Shown here: positions 9,083 through 19,314 of the stretch, piece by piece | Layout: each line of letters starts with the position of its first letter | Numbering within the stretch: position 1 is the first letter of the stretch | Source of the DNA: an uncultured Atopobiaceae bacterium | GTDB taxonomy: Bacteria > Actinomycetota > Coriobacteriia > Coriobacteriales > Atopobiaceae | Direction of reading: 5' to 3' | DNA length: 64,000 nucleotides | Assembly (NCBI GenBank): GCA_963927425.1 | Contig: CAWVBA010000003.1 | Span: 113,582-177,581 of the forward strand | Translations under genes and position numbers: made by a program | The notes under the pieces: generated by a model | Told to the model about the DNA's origin: nothing | Database searches by the model: none | The model's input: the letters and a program-made list of their open reading frames with translations, nothing else

Positions 9083-11845
9083 CTAGAGCTCCACGTACAC
9101 CGTGACAAAGCGGCAGTGGCCGACGGGCTCGATCGCGAGCGTGTGCGCGTCGTGCCCCACGGGCGCGCAGTCGCGCTCGAGAAGGTCGACGTAGCTCGCG
9201 TGGGAGATCTCGTCGGCAAAGGTGAGCCGCGCGCCGGCCTCCCCGCTCTCAAGACCATTGTAGAGGCGCACGACGATTCCCGGACGGTCCTCGGCGCGCT
9301 TCACGCAGCTGAGCGTGAGGTCGCCCTCCACGCTCATGAGCGAGCGCTCGGGCTCCTCGGTCCCAACGCGCTCCATCTGCGAGAAGATCAGGCGGCCGTT
9401 GAGGAACGGCGCGTACTCGTAGGCGCCGAGCGGCGTGTTGAACGCGCGGGCCACGTCGGCCACGCGGACCTCGTCGAAGGCGCCCGCGAACGCGGAGAAG
9501 CCCAGCGTGTAGGTCATCTCGTGGTTGAGCTGGGCCGCCGGGGTCTCCATGGTCTTCTCGCCCGAGGCGCGGCCCGGGCGGTAGAGCAGGTTCTCCTTGC
9601 CCATGAAGCCGTAGGTGCGGAAGAGCGTGAGGCAGATCTGGTTGCCGCGGCCGCCGGAGCGCAGCTCGTCGTCCACGATCTGGTACTCGCGCACGCCCTG
9701 CGGGAACACGGCGATGCCGCGCCCCTCGCCAAAGAGGGCCACGTAGGACTGCGTGGGCTCGATCGCCACGGGCGGCTCCTGCCACGAGCCCTCCCGCTGC
9801 ACCCAGTTGACGGGCATGCCGCCCGGCTCGTCGGGCTCGGGGGTCTCGGGCGCGCCGACGCTCGCACGGTAGAGCGCCATGTCGTGCTCGTGCACGTTCT
9901 CGCGCACGATGGGGCCAAACTGCTCGTCGGCGTGGTTCACGCGCGTGGCGAGCTGAGCGTCAAAGAGCGCGCACAGTCGGTGCGAGCGCGGCTCGGTATT
10001 GTCCACGTGCACGGAGAGGCCGATGACCGGCGAGCCCTTCTCGAGCGTCACCGTGAGCGTCACCGGCAGGTGCGCCTCGCAGACGCCGGCCGCGCGGGCC
10101 TCGAGGTCGCGCGGGACCAGCATGTCAAAGGACACGCGGGCGCGCTGGACCAGGCCGGAGCCCTCGATCTGGACCCGCGGCTCAAAGTCCGTCGAGCGCA
10201 CCACGAGGTCGGCGCGCGGCGGCGAGTAGTTGAAGCTGTCGCCGTCGTCGCCGCTCTCCACGAGCACGGCCTCGCGCTCGTAGACCACCCCGTCGGCCTT
10301 GCTCTCCACGCGCAGGCTGCCGTCGGCGTTGACGCTCACGCGGTAGAACTCGTTCTCCAGGGCGTCCGCGGCCACGAGCGGGTCCTCGCCGGACGCGCCC
10401 GGCACGAGCGTGAGGCGCGAGAAGCCCAGGGCGGGCACGTCGCGGGCGTCCACGGCCACGGTGGCCTCAAAGACCTGCTCGGGAATCTCGATCGGCCGCG
10501 CCGGGTCCAGCCGGATGGTCTGGGTGAGCACGTAGTCGGTGAGGTCGCGCTTGGCGAGCACCGTGTGGGGCACGCGCCGACCGTCCTCGGCGACGAGCGC
10601 AAAGTCGCCGCCGGGCAGGTACATCCTCGTGGTGACCACGCCGGAGCGCCGCGCGGGCAGCGGGTTGAAGACCGTGAGGGAGTGGCGGTTCTCGGAATCG
10701 GCGAGCGAGGTGACGATGAGGCGCTCGTGGAGCTCCACGAGGTTCACGGCGATGTCGTGCACCTGCTTGTAGCGCAGGTAGACGTCCTCGTTGACCTCGT
10801 CGTTCACCGAGGAGCCAATGGAGTCGTGCGCCGCGTTCTCGAACATGAGCTTCCAGAGCGCGTCCACGGCGCCGCGCGGGTACTCGTTCCCCAGCTGCGA
10901 GGAGAGCAAAAGGATCGGCTCCATGACGTTGACCACGTAGTTCTGCAGCTGCGTGTTGAGCGCCTTGAGGTCGGAGCGGGACGAGAAGATCGAGCGGTGG
11001 ATGCGCATGTGCTTGCCCACGAGCAGCTCGCCTTTGACCTCCTCGAGCGGCTCCTCGCGCTCGGCCACGGCGCGCCTGAGGTCATCCATGAACTCCGGCA
11101 GCGACGAGATGCGGTAGGTGTTCTCGGGGTCGGCCGCCTGGCGCGCCGCCACGAGCTCGGGCAGGTTGGTGCGGATGGGCGCCTGGTCAAAGCCAACGGG
11201 GAAGTAGACCTCGTCGGTCGCCGCGCGGCGGGCCGCCTTGTCCATGCACTGCTCGTCCCAGAACCGCTCGACGAGCGGACCCTCCTCGGGGATGTTGCCG
11301 CCGATGTAGTAGCCGTTGGGGATCTGGGAGGCCAGGACCGTGGAGCCGTCGTCACCGCGCCAGGTGAAGTCGGTGTGGGCGGCCATGTCGTCGGAGACGC
11401 CACGCCAGAAGAGCGTCGTGTCCATGCCAAAGCCGCGGTAGATCTGCGGCATGTTGCCCGCCTGGCCAAAGGAGTCCGGCACGTAGCCAACCATCATGCA
11501 GCCGCCCAGCTCGTTAGCGCGGCGGATGCCAAAGTAGAGGTTGCGCACGATGGACTCGCCGCTGATCACCATCTGGTCGGTCTGGGTGTACCAGGGGCCC
11601 ACCACGAGGCGCCCGGCGCGCACGAGCGCCTCCATGCGCGGGCGGTCCTCGGGCTTCCAGGCCAGGTAGTCGTCGATGAGGCAGGACTGCCCGTCGAGCA
11701 TAAACGCCGTGAAGCCCGGCTCACGCTCGAGGGTGTCCATGACGTCGCCCAGGTCCTTCTGCAGGTAGATCTTGGAGCGTGACGTCGTGAAGTACCACTC
11801 GCGGTCCCAGTGGGAGTGCGCGACCACGTGGATTTTCTTGCCCAT
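9083..11845 (-). CDS. mngB: GH38 alpha-mannosidase (mannosylglycerate hydrolase-like)
   Basis: HSHWDREWY, MLDGQ, VPDSFGQ, AHDSIG, RPGRASG. Confidence 0.9.
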   Translation of the reverse strand: MGKKIHVVAHSHWDREWYFTTSRSKIYLQKDLGDVMDTLEREPGFTAFMLDGQSCLIDDYLAWKPEDRPRMEALVRAGRLVVGPWYTQTDQMVISGESIVRNLYFGIRRANELGGCMMVGYVPDSFGQAGNMPQIYRGFGMDTTLFWRGVSDDMAAHTDFTWRGDDGSTVLASQIPNGYYIGGNIPEEGPLVERFWDEQCMDKAARRAATDEVYFPVGFDQAPIRTNLPELVAARQAADPENTYRISSLPEFMDDLRRAVAEREEPLEEVKGELLVGKHMRIHRSIFSSRSDLKALNTQLQNYVVNVMEPILLLSSQLGNEYPRGAVDALWKLMFENAAHDSIGSSVNDEVNEDVYLRYKQVHDIAVNLVELHERLIVTSLADSENRHSLTVFNPLPARRSGVVTTRMYLPGGDFALVAEDGRRVPHTVLAKRDLTDYVLTQTIRLDPARPIEIPEQVFEATVAVDARDVPALGFSRLTLVPGASGEDPLVAADALENEFYRVSVNADGSLRVESKADGVVYEREAVLVESGDDGDSFNYSPPRADLVVRSTDFEPRVQIEGSGLVQRARVSFDMLVPRDLEARAAGVCEAHLPVTLTVTLEKGSPVIGLSVHVDNTEPRSHRLCALFDAQLATRVNHADEQFGPIVRENVHEHDMALYRASVGAPETPEPDEPGGMPVNWVQREGSWQEPPVAIEPTQSYVALFGEGRGIAVFPQGVREYQIVDDELRSGGRGNQICLTLFRTYGFMGKENLLYRPGRASGEKTMETPAAQLNHEMTYTLGFSAFAGAFDEVRVADVARAFNTPLGAYEYAPFLNGRLIFSQMERVGTEEPERSLMSVEGDLTLSCVKRAEDRPGIVVRLYNGLESGEAGARLTFADEISHASYVDLLERDCAPVGHDAHTLAIEPVGHCRFVTVYVEL

Positions 11846-11946
11846 GTTCCCCCTATCGTGGGTCGTGTGCGTTGCGAGAAGGGCCCGCCGCTGCGCAGGG
11901 ATGCGCGGGCGACGGGCCCGTTGGACGCGATGCTCGAGACGGGGCG

Positions 11947-13038
11947 CTACTCGAAGGAGATCTCGATGTCGTCCACGGAGACGTCCTCCTCCGTGGCGTC
12001 GGGATCGACGTTGAAGTCAACGAGCGCGGTGGCGGCGAGGGCGATGAACAGGCCGCCGACGGCGATGCCGATGAGATAGCCCCACGGGTTCTGCATCGTG
12101 ATCGCGCCGTACCAGCCGCCGAGCGGCGGGATGACGGCGTCGGAGCCGAGCAGCGCGGCCACGCCAGCGCCGAGGGCGGAGCCGATGATGTTGATCGGGA
12201 TGAGGCGGGTGGGCTTCACGAGGGTGAACGGGATGGCGCCCTCGGTGATGCCGATGAAGCTCATGACCCAGTTGCCGGACGCGGAGTCGCGCAGGGAGGT
12301 GGAGAAGCGGGACTTGCGGATCACGGCGGCGATGGCGTAGCCCAGCGGCGGGATGGTGATGGCGCAGTTGATAAACACGTTGGGCGTGAAGATGCCCTCG
12401 GCGAGCAGCGCGTTGCCGGCCATCCAGGCGGCCTTGTTCACGGGGCCGCCCATGTCAAAGCCGATCATGGCGCCCAGGATGACGGCCATGATGACCTTGT
12501 TGGTGCCGGTGGAGCACATGTCCTGCAGCCAGGTCACGATGGCGTTGTTGATCGCGGCGAGCGGGGTGGCCAGGAGCACGGCGACCACGGCCACGACGAA
12601 GGTGGCCGCGAAGGGCAGCACCACGTTGGGCATGATCTGCATGTACTTCTCGGGCACCTTGATGGTCCTGATGGCCCAGCGCACGAGGTAGCCGCCGATG
12701 AAGGCGTAGATCACGGCGCCGATGAAGCCGGCCTGGGTGTCGGTGGCAACCGCGCCGCCCACGAGGCCAGCGGCGAGGCCGGGCTTGTCGGCGATGGAGT
12801 AGCCCACGAACGCGGCCAGCACGGTGTTCACGAGGCCGATGCCGGTCCAGCCCACCTGCTGGAGGTCGTAGAGGAACCCGGCAAAGCCCGTGAGGTCCTC
12901 GGTCAGGCTGGTGATGCCCATCGCCAGGGCGATGAGCTGCGGAATGGCGACGACCAGCGACGAACCGATGATCATCGGCAGCATGTAGCCGATGCCGGTC
13001 ATCAGGTGGCCCTTCGCCTCCTTGAAGAACTTCTTCAT
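11947..13038 (-). CDS. PTS fructose/mannose family EIIC
   Basis: HLMTGIGYMLP, FDMGGPVNKAA, GITEGAIPF. Confidence 0.92.
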   Translation of the reverse strand: MKKFFKEAKGHLMTGIGYMLPMIIGSSLVVAIPQLIALAMGITSLTEDLTGFAGFLYDLQQVGWTGIGLVNTVLAAFVGYSIADKPGLAAGLVGGAVATDTQAGFIGAVIYAFIGGYLVRWAIRTIKVPEKYMQIMPNVVLPFAATFVVAVVAVLLATPLAAINNAIVTWLQDMCSTGTNKVIMAVILGAMIGFDMGGPVNKAAWMAGNALLAEGIFTPNVFINCAITIPPLGYAIAAVIRKSRFSTSLRDSASGNWVMSFIGITEGAIPFTLVKPTRLIPINIIGSALGAGVAALLGSDAVIPPLGGWYGAITMQNPWGYLIGIAVGGLFIALAATALVDFNVDPDATEEDVSVDDIEISFE

Positions 13039-13084
13039 GTTTCCCCCTTCGTTGCTCGGCGGGCGCGGGCGCGCCCGACCTCCC

Positions 13085-13408
13085 CTACTGCTTCTTGGCC
13101 TCCACCGCCGCGCCGCACTTCTTCAGCACGGCCTCGGGGGCCTTGATGCACATGTTGATGTCCCACGCGGATGGTGGGACGCCCGTCAAAGCGCTCCATC
13201 TCCTTGATCTTCTGATCCGAGGCGATGAGAACGAAGTCGGGCCGCGAGCGCCTCCTCGCGCGTCACGCGATTGATGGTGCCCATCGCGCTCTGCTGCTCC
13301 ATCTTCACGTCCCAGCCGATCTTCTCGCCGGCCTTCATGAGCGCCTTGGCCGCCATGGGCGTGTGCGCCAGACCCGCGGGGGCACGCGGAAACCCCTACC
13401 ACCTTCAT
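13085..13408 (-). pseudogene. PTS fructose-family EIIB with several small frameshifts
   Basis: MKVVGVSACP, AHTPMAAKAL, KMEQQSAMGTIN and DINMCIKAPEAVL are spread over different frames. Confidence 0.8.
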
Positions 13409-13429
13409 GCGTCGTTCTCCCTTCCTCTC

Positions 13430-13911
13430 CTAGCCCAGCTCGGCGAGCTGGACGTGCTCGGCGATGTAGTCGGTGAGCTCGGTCGCGTCCTCGCAGGACT
13501 TGACCTTCTCCTTGAACTCGTCCTCCAGCAGGCTCACCGCGAGCGCGGAGATCATCTGCAGGTGGACGTTGCCCTTGTTCTCCTCGGGGACGAGCAGGGC
13601 AAAGAAGTAGCCCGCCTCGTCGGAGTCCATCGTCTCCCAGGGGATGGGGCTGTTCGTGCGCAGGTAGAAGACCTCGACGTGCTTCACGCGGGCGCTCTTG
13701 GTGTGCGGGATCGCAAAGCCGTCCGTAAGCCCCGTGCTGATCACGCGCTATCTCAGAGTCGGTCCATGAGGTCGGCGGCGAGCCCCTCGGCATCGTCGGT
13801 CACCCCCAGGCGCGCGGCCTGCTCGGCTATGAAGGAGAAGAGCTCCTCCTTTGACGTCGCCTCCACGTTGAGGAAGACGTCCTGTTCGGCAATGAGACGC
13901 GTATCGCTCAT
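13430..13911 (-). pseudogene. PTS fructose-family EIIA, frameshift ~13750
   Basis: MSDTRLIAEQDVFLNVEATSKEELF...DR then STGLTDGFAIPH...HLQMISALA in another frame. Confidence 0.82.
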
Positions 13912-14114
13912 CGGCACCACCCCTTTCGTTGCCCTAGTTTTATCTGCACGAAACGTCCACATCAATGGAGCGGATTTCCGGTTGGAACCGGAAGGCGCGG
14001 CCGCTCTCGGGGAACGCATTTCCGCTTTCTCCCGGAAAGACGCGGCAACGTGAAACGACGGGCGGCGGGGTACCCTCTTGCTAGTTACCTGCAAAGATGG
14101 CGAGAGGAGGCACC

Positions 14115-16043
14115 GTGCTCGAATACCGCAGGCTCGACCGCATCCTGGACATCGTGCTCGGCGCCACCTTCACGCCCGTGGCCCAGCTCTCCTCCCTTCT
14201 CGGCGTCACCGACCGCACGCTGCGCGGGGACGTGGCCACGCTCAATGCCACGCTCGAGAAGAACGGCGCGCGCGTGGAGCTCAAGCGCCGCGCGGGCTAC
14301 CACCTCGTCATAGGTGACCAGGAGGCCTTTGACGCGTTTCTCGCCTCCCGCGACCAGGGACGCGAGCCCTCGGCGCTCGCCACCACCGACGGGCGCTTCC
14401 GCCTGCTGCTCAAGGGCATCCTGGAGAGCACGGGCTTTGTCACCGCCGAGGAGCTGGCCCGACGCATCGCCGTGGGCGACAGCGCCATCCAGGCCTACAT
14501 CCGCCAGGCCCGCGAGGTGCTGGGGCGCTACGGCGTGGAGTTCGTGAGCAAGCGGGGCATGGGCTTTCGCATCTTCGGGCGCGAGGAGGCGCGGCGCGAC
14601 TGCTTTGCCAACGAGGTCGTCAACCGCCGCTACCGCTCCTACGCCACGGGCTTCACCGCCAACGAGCAGATCCTCTTTGACCAGGTGGACCTCTACGAGC
14701 TAGACGAGATCATCACCGGCTGCCTGGAGCACGCCGGCATCAGCGCCAACGACTACGGCCTCAAGAACATCAAGGTGCACTTTGCGCTCATGGTCACCCG
14801 CGTCCGCTCCGGGGCGATCATCGAGGCCGCGCCGGAGGTCAGCTATCCCGAGGAGCTGCGCGCCTTTGCCGACGACGTCTGCGACGAGATCCAGCGCCGC
14901 ATGGGCGTGGGCGTCCCGGAGGCGGAGCGCGCCTACATCTGCCGCCACCTCATCACCAACGCCAAGGTCCCCGGCGGACAGGTGGACGCCGCCTGGCTGA
15001 ACGAGCGCATCGACGCGCTGCTCCAGGTCATCCTCACCGACTACGGCTATGACCTGCGCGACGACGCCACGCTGCGCCGGGGGCTCTTCAGCCACCTGAG
15101 CTCGATCTTCCGCGCGATCGACATCGGCAACCCGGTGAGAAACCCGCTGCTCAACACCATCAAGCAGAGCCTGCCGCTCAACTTTGAGATTGCGCTCATG
15201 GCAACGAGCAAGGTCTTTGACGAGCCGCCGTTTATGCTCGACGAGGACAACGTGGGCTACATCGCGCTCCACATAGGCGCCGCCATCGAGCGCCGCTCCA
15301 AGGGGCAGAGCGCCGCGCTGGGCGCGCTCGTGGTGTGCAGCTTTGGCGACGCGGCGGCCTCCTCGCTCAGGGCCCGGCTCGAGACGCTCTTCGCAAGCTC
15401 GCTCAGGGTGGTGGCCACGGTCTCCCACCAGGACTACCTCGAGCTGCCGGCGCACTTCTTTGAGGACGTGGCGCTCGTCGTCTCCACGGTGCCGCTCAAG
15501 GACTGCCCCGCGCCCACGGTGCTCGTGGACTTCTCGCTGCCGGCCGCCGACGTCAAGAGCGTCTCGCGCCTGGTCCAGTACCTGGAGGACGACAACTTTG
15601 ACAAGGTGCGCCGGTTCTTCTCGCCCGGGGCCTTCCGCGTGGTGGAGGACGAGCTCACCAAGGAGGAGCTCCTGCGGGACATGTGCGCCCAACTCGTGAG
15701 CGAGGGGGCCGCCGACGAGGGGTTCTTCTCGTCCACGATGGAGCGGGAGGCCGTGGCGGACACCAGCATGAGCGAGGTCTTTGCGATCCCGCACACCATG
15801 CGCCCCGCGGCCCTGCGCACGATGGTCTCGGTGGCGATCCTCAAGCGCCCGATGAGCTGGGCGCCCGGGCACGACACGGTGCAGATCGTGTTCCTCCTGG
15901 CCGTGCGCCCCGGCGACCGCCTGGAGATGGAGCACCTCTACGACCTGCTGGTGCGCATCGTGGAGGACCGCCACCTGCAGCAGGAGCTGATCGGCGTCAC
16001 GAGCTACGAGCGCTTCCTCGAGGTGCTGTCCGGCGCCGTGTGA
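14115..16043 (+). CDS. PRD-domain transcriptional activator (BglG/LicR/ManR type) with EIIB and EIIA domains
   Basis: HTH GVTDRTLRGDV, two PRDs (VHFALM, IALHIGAA), VVCSFG, EIIA FAIPH; divergent from the PTS operon. Confidence 0.9.
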   Translation: MLEYRRLDRILDIVLGATFTPVAQLSSLLGVTDRTLRGDVATLNATLEKNGARVELKRRAGYHLVIGDQEAFDAFLASRDQGREPSALATTDGRFRLLLKGILESTGFVTAEELARRIAVGDSAIQAYIRQAREVLGRYGVEFVSKRGMGFRIFGREEARRDCFANEVVNRRYRSYATGFTANEQILFDQVDLYELDEIITGCLEHAGISANDYGLKNIKVHFALMVTRVRSGAIIEAAPEVSYPEELRAFADDVCDEIQRRMGVGVPEAERAYICRHLITNAKVPGGQVDAAWLNERIDALLQVILTDYGYDLRDDATLRRGLFSHLSSIFRAIDIGNPVRNPLLNTIKQSLPLNFEIALMATSKVFDEPPFMLDEDNVGYIALHIGAAIERRSKGQSAALGALVVCSFGDAAASSLRARLETLFASSLRVVATVSHQDYLELPAHFFEDVALVVSTVPLKDCPAPTVLVDFSLPAADVKSVSRLVQYLEDDNFDKVRRFFSPGAFRVVEDELTKEELLRDMCAQLVSEGAADEGFFSSTMEREAVADTSMSEVFAIPHTMRPAALRTMVSVAILKRPMSWAPGHDTVQIVFLLAVRPGDRLEMEHLYDLLVRIVEDRHLQQELIGVTSYERFLEVLSGAV

Positions 16044-16195
16044 CCGCGCGGCCGAGCCGGGCGCGCCTTGCGAGCACCATGCGTTCGCGGATTCCGCGCT
16101 TCCCTCGCATCCCTGATGGCCCCGGCACCCCCGCACCTCCGCTGTCCCAGCGCCCCCGTTGCTTCCCGCGTCCCCTGTTTCCGCAGTTTTCCCCA

Positions 16196-16349
16196 GGTTT
16201 TGGGCAACATGTTTGATGTCCTTCTCGCCCACGGTGCCGGTGGCATCAACTGTTTTGCCCAAAACCTGGTTGGACGTGGCGAATACGCGCAATCTGGCGA
16301 GAAGAACGGTCCTCTCGGCGCTGGCGCATCAACTGTTTTGCCCAAAACC
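16196..16349. repeat. MITE-like family A copy with duplicated right end
   Basis: GGTTTTGGGCAACATGTTTGATG at 16196; GGCATCAACTGTTTTGCCCAAAACC-like ends at 16266 and 16349. Confidence 0.7.
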
Positions 16350-16541
16350 CGAGGATTCTCGTCAGAAGCCGGCCTCCCGGGAACACGCTTGGGCGCTGGG
16401 CGCAAAACCGCCCAAATCACGGCACGCGCACCGACCGCACCCCAACCCACGATCAAGGGCCGGGCGCAAGGCTGCCCCCAACATCGGCGCCGCTGGCCGA
16501 GAAGTGCGCATCGTCTGTTGAAAACAGCACATAATGTGATG

Positions 16542-16555
16542 TGGAATCGATTCCG
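16542..16555. promoter_or_regulatory. LacI-type operator upstream of fructokinase (putative ScrR site)
   Basis: TGGAATCGATTCCG palindrome, similar to the reverse complement of 1607-1620. Confidence 0.6.
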
Positions 16556-16573
16556 TCAACGAAGGGACCCATC

Positions 16574-17527
16574 ATGTTCTCCGTCTCCGCACTGGGCGAG
16601 CTCCTCATCGACTTCACCGACGCCGGCACCTCCGCGGGCGGCCAGCGCCTCTTTGAGCGCAACGCCGGCGGCGCGCCCGCCAACGTCCTCGTGGCGCTGG
16701 AGAAGCTCGGTCACAGGACGGCGTTTCTGGGCAAGGTGGGCTGCGACATGCACGGCGAGTTTTTGCGCGCCACCCTGGAGGAGCAGGGCATCGACACGCG
16801 CGGCCTGATCTCCGACCCGGACGCCTTCACGACGCTCGCCTTCGTGGCCCTCTCGCCTGACGGCGAGCGCGAGTTCTCCTTCGCGCGCAAGCCCGGCGCG
16901 GACACCCGCATCACTGCCGACGAGCTGGCGCGTGACGTGATCGCCGACTCGCACGTCTTCCACGTGGGCTCGCTCTCCCTCACCGACGAGCCCGCCCGCT
17001 CGGCCACGCTCGCGGCGCTCGCCTGCGCGCGCGAGGCCGGCTGCATCCTCTCCTACGACCCCAACTACCGCGCGAACCTCTGGTCCTCGCGCGAGGCCGC
17101 CGTGGAGCAGATGCGCGCCGTGGTGCCGCAGATGGACCTCATGAAGCTCTCCGACGAGGAGTGCGAGCTGCTCACGGGCGAGGCCGACCCCGAGGCCGCG
17201 GCGGCGGCGCTCCTGGCCCAGGGCCCCAAGGTCGTGGCCGTGACGCTCGGCGCGGGCGGCGCCTACGTTCGCACGGCCGCGGGCGGCACCGAGGTCGCGG
17301 GCTTCCCGGCGGACGCCGTGGACGCCACCGGCGCCGGCGACTCCTTCTGGGGCGGCTTCCTCGCGGGCTTCTGCGAGAGCGGCAAGGCGGCGGGCGAGGT
17401 CACGCTCGAGGACGCAGCGGGCTTCGCGCGGCTGGGCAACGCGGTGGCGTCTTTGTGCGTGCGCAAGCGCGGCGCCATCCCCGCGATGCCCGAGCGCGCC
17501 GACGTGGAGGCGCTGCTCGGCGCGTAG
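16574..17527 (+). CDS. scrK: PfkB-family fructokinase
   Basis: GELLIDF, GGAPANV, YDPNYR, DATGAGDSF. Confidence 0.88.
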   Translation: MFSVSALGELLIDFTDAGTSAGGQRLFERNAGGAPANVLVALEKLGHRTAFLGKVGCDMHGEFLRATLEEQGIDTRGLISDPDAFTTLAFVALSPDGEREFSFARKPGADTRITADELARDVIADSHVFHVGSLSLTDEPARSATLAALACAREAGCILSYDPNYRANLWSSREAAVEQMRAVVPQMDLMKLSDEECELLTGEADPEAAAAALLAQGPKVVAVTLGAGGAYVRTAAGGTEVAGFPADAVDATGAGDSFWGGFLAGFCESGKAAGEVTLEDAAGFARLGNAVASLCVRKRGAIPAMPERADVEALLGA

Positions 17528-17555
17528 GGGCAGGACCGAGGGACGCGAGACGGCC

Positions 17556-18074
17556 TCAGCGGGGGCCGTCCAGCGCGGCGAGAAGGACCTCGCGCCAGCG
17601 CTCCGTGAGCCGCTCGCGCGACCAGGAGGCGTTGGCCGGGCTCGTGGAGGGGAGCGTGACCGCCGCCATCCCCGTCACGGGCTCCAGCCAGCGGTGATAC
17701 AGCCGTCCAGCCGTGGCCCCGTTGCAGAGCACCGCCCGGATGGGCGCCGCGCCCGTGACGCGCGCCACGTCCGCCGGGACCACGTTGCGGATGGAGGCGT
17801 CGGAGGAGCCGCGCACGTCGCAGCTCTCGATCACGTCCCAGAGGGCGACGCCGTTGGCCAGCAGCAGGGCGCGCTTGGCGTCGATGTCATCCGCGGCCGG
17901 CTCGCCCTCCCCCAGCGCGTCCGCGACGACGCCCCAGAAGCGGTTGCGCGGGTTGCCGTAGTAGAAGCGGTTCTCGCGCGAGAGCACCGAGGGAAACGAC
18001 CCCAGCACGAGCACCCGGCTCCGCTCGTCGAAGACCGGGTCGAACCCGTGGGCTATGTGCTGGTAGTCAGCCAT
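17556..18074 (-). CDS. DNA-deoxyinosine glycosylase (UDG family 6)
   Basis: LGSFPS, YYGNPRNRFW, LWDVI, GSSDASI, LPSTSPANA. Confidence 0.9.
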   Translation of the reverse strand: MADYQHIAHGFDPVFDERSRVLVLGSFPSVLSRENRFYYGNPRNRFWGVVADALGEGEPAADDIDAKRALLLANGVALWDVIESCDVRGSSDASIRNVVPADVARVTGAAPIRAVLCNGATAGRLYHRWLEPVTGMAAVTLPSTSPANASWSRERLTERWREVLLAALDGPR

Positions 18075-18218
18075 GTGCTCATCGTAGCGCCCGAGCCACC
18101 CGGGCGCTACCGTCCGCCGGGAGGGGCGGGCACGCTCGGCGCTTTTTCAGCTATGCGCGCGCCGCTCGGACGTAGTGTGTTCCCAGGTCACGAACCCTCG
18201 CCCCCGGAAGGAAGCCCC

Positions 18219-18473
18219 ATGATCGAGATTCCCTGCACCATCACCGATCCGCTGGGGCTGCACGTGCAGCTGGCGGTCCTTCTCGCCAGCGAGGCAAAGC
18301 GCTGGCGCAGCCGCACGACGCTCGAGTACCACGGCAACGTCATGCCGGCCGCTGACCTCATGCAGGTCATGATGTACGGGATTCGCACGGGCGAGAAGAT
18401 CGTCGTGCGCGTTGAGGGCCCCGACGAGGCCACTGCCGCCGAGGCCCTCCGCAAGATCATGGCCACGTTCTAG
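18219..18473 (+). CDS. ptsH: HPr-family phosphocarrier, atypical (Q17, D46)
   Basis: 84 aa; DPLGLH15, VEGPDE..AAEAL. Confidence 0.85.
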   Translation: MIEIPCTITDPLGLHVQLAVLLASEAKRWRSRTTLEYHGNVMPAADLMQVMMYGIRTGEKIVVRVEGPDEATAAEALRKIMATF

Positions 18474-18490
18474 CGCGTCGCCCGAGCCCG

Positions 18491-19240
18491 CTACCGCCGC
18501 AGCTCCGAGAGCGCCACGCGCACGGCCTCGTCCTCGTCGTCGGTCACCACCACGAGCTCGGGGTCGAGCGGCGAGATGTTGCCCGCCTCCGCGACCGTGC
18601 CCTCGAGCCAGCTCATGAGCCCGCCCCAGTACTCGGTCCCAAAGAGCACCACCGGCATGCGCGCCACCTTGTGCGTCTGCACCAGGGTGAGCAGCTCAAA
18701 GGCCTCGTCGAGCGTGCCAAACCCACCCGGGAAGACAATCGTGCCGCTCGCGTACTTCACGAACATGGTCTTGCGCACAAAGAAGTAGCGAAAGGTCATG
18801 CCCAGGTTGACCCACTTGTTGATGCCCTGCTCGTGCGGCAGCTCTATGCCCAGGCCCACAGACTTGCCGCCGGCCTTGGCCGCGCCGCAGTTGGCGGCCT
18901 CCATGATGCCGGGGCCGCCGCCCGTGATCACGGCCACGCCGGCCTGCGCGAGCTTGCGTCCCACGTGGCGCGCGGCGCGGTACATCGGGTCCGTGCGCGA
19001 CGTGCGCGCCGAGCCAAACACCGTCACGGCCGGCCCCAGCTCGGCGAGCGCGCCAAAGCCGTCCACGAACTCCGCCTGGATGCGCAGGACGCGCCACGGG
19101 TCCATGTGCAGCCAGTCGGTGGAGTCCTCCGGCGCGAGCAGGTTGCCCGTCGTCGTGTCGGAGGGAATCATCGGCCCGCGCAGAATCACCGGGCCGCGGT
19201 GGTAGGTGGTGTCAAACGCCACGTCCTTCTCGTCCGCCAT
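18491..19240 (-). CDS. LOG/TIGR00730 family nucleotide phosphoribohydrolase
   Basis: FGSAR, TGGGPGIMEAAN, YFFVRK, PGGFGTLDE. Confidence 0.92.
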   Translation of the reverse strand: MADEKDVAFDTTYHRGPVILRGPMIPSDTTTGNLLAPEDSTDWLHMDPWRVLRIQAEFVDGFGALAELGPAVTVFGSARTSRTDPMYRAARHVGRKLAQAGVAVITGGGPGIMEAANCGAAKAGGKSVGLGIELPHEQGINKWVNLGMTFRYFFVRKTMFVKYASGTIVFPGGFGTLDEAFELLTLVQTHKVARMPVVLFGTEYWGGLMSWLEGTVAEAGNISPLDPELVVVTDDEDEAVRVALSELRR

Positions 19241-19314
19241 GCCGTCTCCTTCCTCTGGGCGACCCACGCTACGCCGCTTGGGTCAGCGGTGGGTAAGCAG
19301 CCCATCATTGGTGC

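Noticed and set aside
1634-11782. Long antisense/alternate ORFs (1634-3760, 7519-9105, 9116-11782; similarly 19206-21959, 37005-38693)
   Set aside because: Shadow ORFs of high-GC3 genes; R/A/G/P-rich with no motifs
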